DNA of 63,789 nt, the filler included, from Chiloscyllium plagiosum (taxonomy: Eukaryota): assembly GCF_004010195.1 (NCBI RefSeq). It is 5 parts of 5 records of this genome, joined end to end, with 100 filler letters (N's around TTAATTAATTAA, not from the genome) between each part and the next. Parts side by side here need not be neighbours in the genome. Positions count along the whole stretch, not along the records: positions 17,798 to 38,502 come from NW_025214614.1; positions 38,603 to 51,804 come from NW_025207634.1; 3 more parts are not named here. One strand, given 5' to 3'. The translations under genes and the position numbers were made by a program. Positions 36,351 to 47,679 of the stretch are shown here, in pieces. Below the pieces are notes generated by a model. The model saw only the letters and a list, made by a program, of their open reading frames with translations. It searched no databases and was not told where the DNA came from. Numbering within the stretch: position 1 is the stretch's first letter; every line of letters begins with the position of its first letter.

Positions 36351-39300
36351 TACTGCTCCTCAGATGCTACCTGGACTGCTGTGCTTTTCCAGCACCACTC
36401 TAATCTAGAATCTGGTTTCCAGCATCTGCAGTCATTGTTTTTATCCTTTTCTGTCTCCTGATTGATTTCTTTTCCCACACCCTGGTTACTGCTTGGAAAC
36501 CTGGACATAACTTGCATCAGATTCTTTATTTCTTGGGTTCCTCAACTCTCCCCACAGATTCTACACCTTCTGACTGTATCACTTCTTGCTATTGATTTAA
36601 TTTAATTTCTTACTAACAATGCAGCTGCCCATCTGCCTGTCCTTTTGATAGGACATGGATCCTTGGATATTTAGTTCCCAGCCCGGATCCCCTTACAGCC
36701 ATGTCTCTGTGATACCCACAACATCGTACCTGCCAGTTTCAATCTGCACTACAAGCTCATTGTGTACACTGTGTGTATTTAAGTACAACTCCCTCAGTCC
36801 TGCATTGACTGCCCTCCTTCCCATCATTGTCCCCTTATCTGCTGTGCTTTACGTTCGATACCTGATCCTTTCCACACTCTCTGTCCCATTATGTCTTCTG
36901 GAAACTTGAATAACCTCTCCTGAGCCCTTCTCCACTTTAATTAGATTTTATTCCTTGGAAACTCAATTGACCTTGATTAGTGGCATCATTTTGTCTCCCT
37001 TACTCAGAATGCTTCTTGCATTTAGATACAAACTCTTTAAGTTTGTTCTACTATTGATTTCCCTGCACTTTTAAGTTTCTTTTGATATTCAAAAATTCCA
37101 TCCTTTCCTTTTATTTTCTGGTAACAATCAATCCCATCACTAACCAGCAATCCTACCTTCTCCTTCACCTTCCATCGTCTCATTTTCCATCCAACTGAAC
37201 CAAATTCCTTTCTCTTTGGGTTGAGTTCAGGACAATATTTATCCTTGAACCAAAATCATGAAGAATGCTTTTTGATCTCATTGCTTCCAGTGGGATCTTG
37301 CTGTGTAGAAATTGTCTGCCCCTTTCCTGAAATTGCAACAGTGACTGGTTTTCAAGCAAAGTGTAACTGTCTTTGGGAGAGTCTGAGGTAGTGAGGGCTT
37401 GATTGAAACACAATTAGAGTCATGGAGATGTACAGCACAGAAACAGCCTCTTCGATCTGACTCATCCATGCCAGCCACAGAGACATAGAGTCATAGAGTC
37501 AGAGAGATGTACAGCACCGAAACAGACCCTTCTGTGTAACTTGTCCATGCTGACCAGATAACCTAATTTAATCTAGTCCCATTTGTCAGCATTTGGCCCA
37601 TATCCTTCTAAACCCTTCCTATTCATATACCCATCCAAATGCCTTTTAAAGGTTATCATACCAGCCTCCACCACTTCCTCTGGCAGCTCATTCCAAAAAT
37701 GTACCACCCTCTGCAGGAAAAGGTTATGCCTCAGTTCCCGTTTAAATCGTTCTCCTGATACTTTCCACCTGCGCTGTCTAGTTCTGGACTCCTTCACTCT
37801 GACCAAAATATCTTCTTGTTTCACTTGATCAATGCCTCCGATGATGTTAGAAACCTCGATATGGTCATCCCTCAGCCTCCAGCGATCCAGGGAAAATAGC
37901 CTCAGCCTATTCAGCCTCTCCTGATCGCTCAAACCCTCCAACTTGGCAACATCCTTGGAAATCTTTTCTGAATCTTTTTAAGATTACCAACATTTTTCCT
38001 ACAGCAGGGAGGCCAGAATTCCACATAGTATTCCAAAAGGGGCCAAACTAATGTCCTTTACAGGTGCAACAGCTCCTAACTCCAATACTCAATGCACTGC
38101 CCAATAAAGGAAAGCAAACCAAATGACTTCGTCACCCCCCCTACCCACCTGCAACTCCACTTTCAAGGAACTAACCTTTTTTGGGAGGAACTGGGAGTCT
38201 TTCAGTTGTACTTTTTCTAATCACCCTGTTCAGAAACAAATTTCTTGCTTTCACGCTCAACTAAAAATAAGATAGAGGTGATGATTTCATGGTACTATTG
38301 CTGAGCTGTTCATCCACAGATCCAGATTAATGTTCTGGGGGCCAGGGTTAGAATCCTGCCACAGCAGATGGTGGAATGCGAATTCAATAAAAAAAAATCT
38401 GCAATTAAGTGTCTAATGATGACCATGAAACAATTATTGATTGTCAGGAAAAAGCCATCTGATTCCCTGATGTCCTTTAGGGAAGGAAACTGCCATCTTT
38501 ACNNNNNNNNNNNNNNNNNNNNNNNNNNNNNNNNNNNNNNNNNNNNTTAATTAATTAANNNNNNNNNNNNNNNNNNNNNNNNNNNNNNNNNNNNNNNNNN
38601 NNGCTCAAAAGGAGGAATCTCCAAGATTACCCCCATTGACACAAGTGAGAATAGAAAGAGGAGGATAGCACAGGTGACTGTGGAACTGAAAAGACAGTCC
38701 AGGAGGAAGGGTTTTCGATTATTTTAACATTGGGACTGGCTTTGGGGGGAGATGGACATGTACAGACCAGACGGGTTGCTCCTGAACAGACCTGGGACTG
38801 AGTTCCTTTGGGGTGATTTACTAGTACTTCTGAAGAGGGTTTAAACTAACTTGGCTGGGCTGTGGGATCCAGGAGGTAATACCAGAGAGGAACAAAGAGG
38901 TGCACAGAATCCTGGGAGAGATACATAGCACCAGAATAAGGAATAGAACTTCTTACCCAGTTTCAGAGTGAGGGAGAGAGAGTAATAAATTCTAAATCAG
39001 GGTCACTGTGTAAGGATGGGACTGCATGGAGTGTTGGGAATAAGACTGGGAAGGTACATCCACAGAGTGTTTAGTGGAAATCTGATGTGTGTCTCTCACA
39101 TAGGAAGATAAGATAATAAGAACATTAGAAATAGGAGCAGGAGTGGGCTATCTGACCCATTGAGGATGAGGGACGTTAGTTATGAAGATAGACTGAAGAA
39201 GTTGGGACTGTCTTCCTCAGAGAAGAGAAGGCAGAGAGGAGATTTGATCGAGAAATTCAAAATCAGGAGGGGTCTGAACAGAGTAAACCAGGAGAAAATG

Positions 39301-40331
39301 TTCCCAAGTGAGAAAGAATTGAGGGGGAGAGGCCATGGATTGAAAATAATTGGTAAAAGAAGCAAAAGTGAGATGAGGGAAAAACATTTTCAGCCAGTGA
39401 GTGGTTAAGGTGTGGAATGCACTGCCTGAGAGTGTGGTGGAGGCAGCTTCAATTGAAACATTCCGAAGGGCATGAGACTGTTATTTGAAAAGGAACAATG
39501 TGCAGGGTGACAGGGAGAAGGCAGGAGAATGACACTCAGTCAATTGCTCATTCGGAGAGCCGGTCCAGACAGGATGGGCTGAACGTCCTCTGTGTGCACT
39601 GTAACAATTCTGTGATTGTGTGATTGAGCAGAGTTAAAGCTGGGGGAGGTGGGNNNNNNNNNNNNNNNNNNNNNNNNNNNNNNNNNNNNNNNNNNNNNNN
39701 NNNNNNNNNNNNNNNNNNNNNNNNNNNNNNNNNNNNNNNNNNNNNNNNNNNNNNNNNNNNNNNNNNNNNNNNNNNNNNNNNNNNNNNNNNNNNNNNNNNN
39801 NNNNNNNNNNNNNNNNNNNNNNNNNNNNNNNNNNNNNNNNNNNNNNNNNNNNNNNNNNNNNNNNNNNNNNNNNNNNNNNNNNNNNNNNNNNNNNNNNNNN
39901 NNNNNNNNNNNNNNNNNNNNNNNNNNNNNNNNNNNNNNNNNNNNNNNNNNNNNNNNNNNNNNNNNNNNNNNNNNNNNNNNNNNNNNNNNNNNNNNNNNNN
40001 NNNNNNNNNNNNNNNNNNNNNNNNNNNNNNNNNNNNNNNNNNNNNNNNNNNNNNNNNNNNNNNNNNNNNNNNNNNNNNNNNNNNNNNNNNNGACTGGGAC
40101 AGGGAGCCAGAGCTCACATCAAACTCTGCCCGTGTCCGTCACACTGAGACTGGCAGGAGGCTACTCACTGATTTCACTCCATGCTGCAGGAATGGGACCA
40201 CAGGCTGCAAATGGACAGAGCTCCTCCACACGGTGAGTAAAACTGACTGACTTATATCTTGCCACTTAAAGGGGGCAATAGGATGACAGAAATACAGCTG
40301 GACACCCTGTTAGACAAAGTGCTCCTCAATC

Positions 40332-40511
40332 GTGAGTTCATGGAATGCCCTGCCAGTAGCAGTGGTGGAGTCTCCCTCATTATGGGCATTTAAGCAGCAT
40401 TGGATAGGCATATGGAGGATAGTGGGCTAGTGTAGGTTAGGTGGGCTTGGATCGGCGCAACATCGAGGGCCGAAGGGCCTGTACTGCGCTGTATTCTTCT
40501 ATATTCTATGT
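40332..40511 (+). mobile_element. 5'-truncated CR1 3'-end insertion in the cluster 3 J-C intron
   Basis: tcaatc duplicated at 40326-40331 and 40512-40517; empty site in clusters 1 and 2 (ggttgattgaggagcac). Confidence 0.8.
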
Positions 40512-40629
40512 TCAATCAACCATTTCATTCACTGCAGCTCCCCACTAACACCTGCAGCAATTCAGCATTTGTGTTTTAGAAAGTTTCAGTATTGAAAGGG
40601 TTATTAAGGGAGGATTGAGGTTTACTTAC

Positions 40630-40664
40630 TCAGTCTGAGCTTGGTTCCTTTACCGAACGTAAGC
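40630..40664 (-). CDS. IGKJ: Ig kappa J3 segment (LTFGKGTKLRL)
   Basis: Reverse complement of J2 with one change at the first base; GTAAGT donor retained. Confidence 0.93.
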
Positions 40665-40703
40665 CACAGTGAGAGCTCCCAGTGCAGAGGCTGTACAAAA
40701 ACC
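40665..40703 (+). other. 23-bp-spacer RSS of J3 (consensus)
   Basis: CACAGTG 40665-40671, 23 nt, ACAAAAACC 40695-40703. Confidence 0.96.
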
Positions 40704-41084
40704 TCAGCTCTCTGCTTCCCTCTGTCACTCTCACCCTCTGCCTATCTCCCAGTCTGTCGATCACTCTCACCCTCTTTTTGTGTCTTTCTGTCTCTGCCTC
40801 TGGGTTGTGAACTTTATTTTTCGTTGTTAAATCTTGCAGCTGTTCTTCACATGTGGCCATGGAGTGGAAGAGGGAAACTTGAGGCCTTCAGTGAGCGTTG
40901 AGACACCACAGGGACTGGAGTGTGTCATGGACAGTGACCATCCCAGCATGGGGTAATTTGTTCAGTTTCATTTAGATCTAACTGTGGGATATGTCAGTTC
41001 AGGCGGTGGGACTGTGTGTCCATTATTATGCATTTTATATAACTGTGGATGTGTCAGTACAGGAGGTGGTGCTGTGTGCTTTGA

Positions 41085-41112
41085 GGTTTTTGTACGGCTC
41101 TGTATCAATGTG
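41085..41112 (-). other. 12-bp-spacer RSS of V3 (variant heptamer CACATTG)
   Basis: Minus strand CACATTG-atacagagccgt-ACAAAAACC. Confidence 0.92.
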
Positions 41113-41409
41113 AAGGCCAGCTGTAATCCTGCTGACAGTAATAGTCAGCGACATCCTCATTCTGAACGTTGCTGATTTTCAGGGTGAAACTGGTCCCTGA
41201 TCCACTGCCGGTGAATCGATTGGAGACTCCAGTGAATCGAGTTGTTGCAGCATAGATCAGGAGAGAGGGTTTCTGACCTTCTCGCTGCTGGTACCAGGAA
41301 AGCTCATTGCTAACATATTGACTGGCCGTACAGGTGATGGTTGTGGTCTGGCCCAGTCCCACTGACAGCACTGGGGGAGACTGGGTCATGGTGATGTCCC
41401 CACTGATAC
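41113..41409 (-). pseudogene. IGKV: Ig kappa V3 exon; intact frame but promoter and leader exon deleted
   Basis: [42 protein letters not shown]...[11 protein letters not shown] (297 nt, same as V1). At ~41567 sequence matching 4040 joins sequence matching 4286. Confidence 0.88.
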
Positions 41410-43494
41410 CTGAGGGGTCAGAGAGAAACACAGTGAAGTCAGAACTGTCACAGAAAGAGCCTGTCAAATGGAGATTGTTGGAGACACTGAGCTTTCCTCT
41501 GGTTTCAGCAGTTTCCCTTCAATCACAAGTCAGTGGAATTGGAGTGAAATGGAGAACAGCTAAAGATGTCTCAGAGAGTGATTGATGTGAACAGCACTGA
41601 ATGAGGCCATTTGGCCCATTGTGTTTGTGCTAGTAAACAAAGATCTGATGACACTAATCCCATCCTCCAGCTCTTGGCCCATTACCCTGGAGGTTACAGC
41701 AACACAAGGGAATATCTAAACACTGCTCCAATGTCACGAGACAAAACCAGCCTTTCAGGCAGTGAGTTCCAGACTCCCACCACCCTCTGGATGAAAACAT
41801 TTCTTCTCAACTCTCCTCTCACTCTGCAACTCAACTGGGCCTGGACTCACTCGAGTTTAGAAGGATGAGACGGGATCTGATTGAAACATATAAAATTCTA
41901 ACAGGCCCGGGCAGGGAGGAGGTTTCCCCTGGTTGGGGAGTCTGGAACCAGGGGGATAGGGGGTAGACCATTTAGGACTGAGATGAGGAAACATTTCTTC
42001 ACTCAGAGGATGGTCAACCTGATGAATTCTCTACCACAAACGGCTGTGGAGGATAAGGAAGTGAATATAAGAAAAAAAAGAGTTGTTTTGCATTTTAACA
42101 GCATGAACGGAATGGGGAGAAAGCAGGAATGTAGCATTGAGAGAGAGGGTCAGCCATGATCATACTGAATGACACACAAGACTCAAAGGACCGAATGGCC
42201 TGTTCCTGCTCCATGTTTCTATGTGTCCATGTCTGTGTTACCTTCAATCTCTGTCCCTGGTTATTGAGTCCTTTACTCTTGTATAAAGTGCCTTCCTATG
42301 CAACGTATCACTGCCAACAATTATCTTAGAACATAGAACATAGAACAATACAGCACAGAACAGGCCCTTCGGCCCACGATGTTGTGCCGAACATTTGTCC
42401 TAGCTTAAGCACCCATCCATGTACCTATCCAATTGCCGCTTAAAGGTCATCAAAGATTCTGACTCTACCACTCCCACAGGCAGCGCATTCCATGCCCCCA
42501 CCACTCTCTTATACCTCTCTATCAGCTCCCTCTCAACCTTCAATGCTCCAAGGAAAACAATCCCAACCTTTCCAATCTTTCCTCATAGCTGACCCTCCAT
42601 CCCAGGCAGCATCCTGGGAAATCTCCTCTGCTCCCTCTCAAGTATAATCACATCCTTCACAGAATGTGGTGACCAGGAGCTCTTTCTCTCTCTCTCTTTT
42701 CCCCTTTCTGTCTCACATCTGCTACTTTGATCTCTCTACATCTATCTCTCTCTCCCACTGTTAGTCTCTCTCATATTCTCTCGCTCTCACTCTGTCTCAT
42801 AGCCACTCTCTCCAACTCATTCACGCTTCCTCACTCCGTCTCATAATCTTTCTCCATCTCTCACTGTCTCCATCACTTGCTCCATCTCTCACTTCAATTG
42901 AAAGCCTGCAAATGTTATCTACCCCTCTCTATTTCTCCCTCTGTCTCTCCCTCCTTCTCCGCATCCCAATCGACCTCTATGTCTCTCTCTCTCTGTCTCG
43001 CTTCTCTCTCTTTCTCACAGTGTCCCAGGTGGTGACAGTTGAATGCAGGATAAATCTCTCCCTCTGCTCTGCCCCACAAATGGATGTTAACCCTTGACCC
43101 CAGAATCATGTCTTCTCCTGGAGTAAAGGCCCATTTCCACATTGACCAGGTTTTGGTATCTCTCAGGAAGATGGACAGATTCTTTTTAAATGAAGGGCAG
43201 TTTTGTGCTGTTGGCCTATTCTCACTGGGGACTGGTTTGGACACAAACCTCATTCCATGAAGGCCCAGCAGAGAGAGGAGATCCCCAGGCCATCAGTATG
43301 AGCTGGAGGGACAGGACAGGCTCTGACCCACTGACCCATCCTGTCCATTCACAACATGTTCCAATCCCTTCCCCTGTCCTTCCCCTTCCATGGTCAGGTT
43401 CTGGGTCAGGGTGTTTTACTGGGATGAGGGCTGGACCATCACACAGTTACAACAGAAAGGAACTGAACCCCATACCCACCATGGTGTCCACGAT

Positions 43495-43770
43495 GCACTG
43501 GACTCTCCAACAGATTCCAGTAAACATGGACGTCAGTTCACAAGAGTGCCCCATGGAGAGACATGGGCCTCCTTCCCACTGAAGCTCCCAATAGAGACCA
43601 GTAAACATGGGCATCGTTCCTGCTTGAGCCTCCAGTAAAGACCAGTAAATGTTGGCCTCCTTCCTAATGGACTCTCCAAAGGAGACCAGTAAACATGGAC
43701 CTCCTTCTGACTGGATACTCCAAGAAGACCAGTAAATGTGAGCCTCCTATTCACTTCTAATGGAGACAAG
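43495..43770. repeat. ~44-bp minisatellite (resumes at 45018-45090 after a LINE insertion)
   Basis: ccagtaaa(c/t)... at 43598, 43642, 43686 and 43729. Confidence 0.75.
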
Positions 43771-43774
43771 TGGA

Positions 43775-45015
43775 TAGTTGAGTTTTTGAAGAAATAGATA
43801 GATTAAGATAGATTAGTACACATCGTCGACATGAACTTTAGCAAGGCCTTAGACAAGGTTCCCAATTGTAGACTGCTTAGTAAGATTATATCGCAGAGGA
43901 TCCAGGGAGAGCTAACCAATTGGATATAAAATGGGCCTGATGGTAGGAGGCAGAGGCTGGTGAGAGAGGGTTGTTCTTCAGACTGGAGGCCAGTGACCAG
44001 CCGTCTGCCACATGAATCGATCCTGGATCCACTGTTGTTCATCATTTATATGAACAATTTGGATGAGAAAATAGCAGGAATGGTCAGTAAGTTTGTGGCT
44101 GACATTAAAATTGTTGGCATCGTGGACAGGGAAGAAGGTTATCTAAGAGTGCAATGTCATCTTCATCAACTGGGCCAGTGGGTCAACAAATTCAGATGGA
44201 GCTTAATTTCAATAAATGCAAGGAGTTGCATTTTGGTAAGACCAACCAGGACAGGAATTACACAATTAATGGTGGAGCCATGGGGAGTGTTGTTGAACAG
44301 AGAGACTGAGGGGTACAGGTACATAGTTTCTTGAAAGTGGTGTCACAGGTAGACAGGGTGGTGATGAGGGTATTTGGCACGCTCACCTTCACTGGTCAAA
44401 GCAGGGAGTACAGGAGCTGGGACATCATGTTACAGCTGTACAAGGCATGCGTAAGGCCATGTTTGGACACTGTGTACATTTCTGCTCACCCTGCTATAGG
44501 AAGGAAGTTATTACACTGGTTTGGATAAAAGAAAGATTAACAGGGATGTTAGCAAGGTTGGTGAGTTTGGATTATAAGGCGAAGATGGACAGGCCGAGAG
44601 ATTTTTCCAGTGAATGCAGGAGATTGAGGGGTGACCTTAGAGAGGTTTATAGAATCATTAGGGCCTTATATAAGGTGAATAGCCAAAGTTTTTTTTTCCC
44701 CAGGGTAGGAGAGTCCAGTACGAGAAAGAATAGGTTTAAGTTGAGAAGGGAAAGAATTAGAAGGGACCTGAGAGACAACCTTTTCACACAGAGGATGGTG
44801 TGTATGTGTAATGAGCTGCCAGAGGAAGTGGTAGCGGCGAGTACAATTACTACATTTCAATGACATTTTGACAGGAACATGGATAGGAAGGATTTAGAGA
44901 GGATTGGGCCAAACACAGGCAAATGGGACTAGTTCAGTTTTGGAAACTTGGTCGAAATGGATGAGTAGAGCTGAAGGGCCTGCTGCCACACTGTAAACCT
45001 CTATGACTCTATGAT
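43775..45015 (+). mobile_element. CR1 LINE RT/3' end
   Basis: DWRPVTSRLPHESILDPLLFIIYMNNLDE...SKFVAD; ctatgactct tail. Confidence 0.85.
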
Positions 45016-46656
45016 GATGTAAACATGGGGCACCTTCCCATAGGACCAACAAACAGTAAACATGGGCCTCCTTCCCACTGGGACTGTCCAGTACCTGAGC
45101 TGCAAACCCCAAATCCTGTCCATCACGTAGGTCTCTTATTTCAATCTGAACAACATTGTTTGTCTCCGCACTACCTCAGCCTCTTGACCACAGAAACCCC
45201 AATTCCTGCTCGTCCCACCTCCTGACTCAATTATTTCAATGTCCTCTCCCAGCTTCCTGAAGGCACATTCCATAAACCCCAACTTGTCTGATATGGAGTG
45301 GTCCCTTCCCTGTCTTACAACTACAGTTGTTCCAGAATCTGACCTCACTGCCAGTCAATTGCCTCCATGGCCTCCCTCCTCCCTTACTCTGTGTCCTGCT
45401 GTAGACTCACATTCCCTCCCTCCCCCTTCCACCTTCTGTCTCTGGTCTCCTGCCCATTGCTGCTTCCTCCACCCCACTATTGACAGCAGAGACTTCAGAT
45501 CCCTACAGCATGCTCTCTGACCTCCTGCCCTTCATCCCTACCCCTCTCGTTGCTTGTGCTATTGAATATGCTGTTAGTTCCATCACTTTTGGTTCACTGT
45601 TCCCTTGCCATTGATTTGCTGATTTATTCTTGTTAATCTAGTCTGGCATGTTCTCTGAGTTGGTTCAAGAGTGTTTTGCTTGAGAAAATTCTGTGAACTG
45701 GTTTGTCTGTTTTTCCCTGTCTTTGTGTAAAGGTGAGACTAAGTGTGCAAATGCTGTCATTTCATGGAGCAATCCAGTCAGTCCCACCCCCTCCCCTACT
45801 CGACCCCCAGGGCCTTGCAGGTTTATTTCCATCAAGAGCCCATCCAATCTGCCATTGCAATCACTGAGTGTCTTCACCTGCCTCACCTGAATGGGCACTA
45901 ATTTCCAAGTCATTACCAATTGCTGCTAAAAAAAGTTCTTCCTGAGATTCCGTATCTCTTGTCCAACAAAATGTAAGGTAATCTCAATGTGAAGATGGGA
46001 TTTTGTCTCCACATGGACTGTGCAGTGGTCACCCTTACTGGTACTGTCATAGACAGATACACCAGCAGCAGGCAGATTGGTGAGGATGATAGTGAGTATG
46101 TTTTTCCCTCTTGTTGGTTCCCTCACCACCTGCCTCAGGTCCAGTCTAGCAGCTGAATCAGGTGGAACTTGACCATCTTGCTCAGTAGTGATGCTTCTGA
46201 GCAGCTCTTGATGGTGGACTTTGAAGTCCCTTACTCAGGGTATATCCTGCATCATTCCCACCCTCAGTGCTTCCTCCAAGTGTTGTTCAACATGGAGGAG
46301 GACTGACAGCTCAGTTGAGGTTGGAGGGGAGGGCGGTGCTCTGTGGTAATCAGCAGGAGGTTTCCTTCCCCATGTTTGACCTGCTGTCATGAGGCTTCAT
46401 GGGTTCCATAGTTAATGGTGAGGACTCACAGGGCAACTCACTTCTGACTGTACACACTACTGTGTTGTCTCCCCTGCTTGGTCTATCCTGCCAGTTAAAA
46501 ACTGAATGAGGGAACAAACAGGTTTCACAGCTTGGAGACAAAGCTGCTGCTGGATTCTGTTTCTGATCTCTGAGCGCAGGCGTGTGTGTTTGTGAGAGAG
46601 TGACTGTCCTTTTTTCCATTACTGTGCTGTTTCTGAAAAGAAAAATCCCAGAACCA

Positions 46657-46925
46657 GCCTCCTGTGCTGTCAGATTCCAGGCAGTGCAGATGGTTCACAG
46701 TTTTCTCCCGTCTCAGTAACAAATGTCCAGCTGCTCTGAGCTCCTTCTTTCACTTCCTCTCTTGGTGAAGTTTCAACCTTGCGATCTGACAGTCTTTGCA
46801 GTTATTTTTTACACTGGGGCTTTCTGCTGTGGTCAGAATCTCTAATAATAAGTGTCCAATCAGTGACAATCACAGCAGCTAAGAGCAGTCAGGACTGAGG
46901 AGCCAGGCTCACTGGGAAACATATT
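46657..46925 (-). promoter_or_regulatory. Inverted copy of the candidate enhancer, upstream of V3
   Basis: TTTCACTTCC 46748-46757 plus both E-boxes conserved. Confidence 0.5.
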
Positions 46926-47468
46926 GGGAAGATCAAAGCCATCCCCTTCAGATCCTGGTATAAACTCCATCCCTCTCCCTGAGCACGATCTGCTACTCAA
47001 CCAGACTCTTTACAAACTTGGCCTCATCTTTGAGGCTGATCTGAGCCTCATATCCTCCACATCACAAAGATCAGCCACTGAAAATCCCAGCCATGTCTGT
47101 GGGACTCCAAACATGACCATACCAATGTTGTGCTTGCACACATCACAGCCACTGCCCTCCGTAACCTTCAGCTCATCCCAAATTCTGCTACCCATATCCA
47201 AACTCGCACCAAATCCCATTCCCCCAACCCCCTGCACCCTGTGCCTACATTGGCTCCTGGTCCAGCAACACCTCGATTTTCAAATTTTCATCCTTGTTCT
47301 CAAATCCCTCCCTGTCCTCCACTCTCCCTATCTCTGTAACCTCCTCCAAACTGCCTCACTCAGTGTGATNNNNNNNNNNNNNNNNNNNNNNNNNNNNNNN
47401 NNNNNNNNNNNNNNNNNNNNNNNNNNNNNNNNNNNNNNNNNNNNNNNNNNNNNNNNNNNNNNNNNNNN

Positions 47469-47665
47469 GGCAATTTAGCATGGCCAATTCACCTAACCTG
47501 CACATTTTTGGATTGTGGGAGGAAACCAGAGCACCCGGAGGAAACCCACGCAGACACGGGGAGAATGTGCAAACTCCACACAGAGAGTCGCCAGAGGCGG
47601 GAATTGAACCCAGGTCTCTGGCGCTGTGAGGCAGCAGTGCTAACCACTGTGCCACCGTGCCACCC
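47469..47665 (-). mobile_element. HE1-like SINE
   Basis: Reverse-complement head and core. Confidence 0.8.
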
Positions 47666-47679
47666 ATCATGTAGATAAG

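Larger units (their letters stand above)
25885..38502 (+). repeat. Segmental duplication copy B (Ig kappa cluster 2)
   Basis: Colinear with 1-13019; ends at a gap about 250 nt before the expected C exon. Confidence 0.93.

Noticed and set aside
43495-43770. Regularly spaced repeats resembling a CRISPR array
   Set aside because: Eukaryotic context, degenerate full-unit tandem repeat with no unique spacers and no cas genes.
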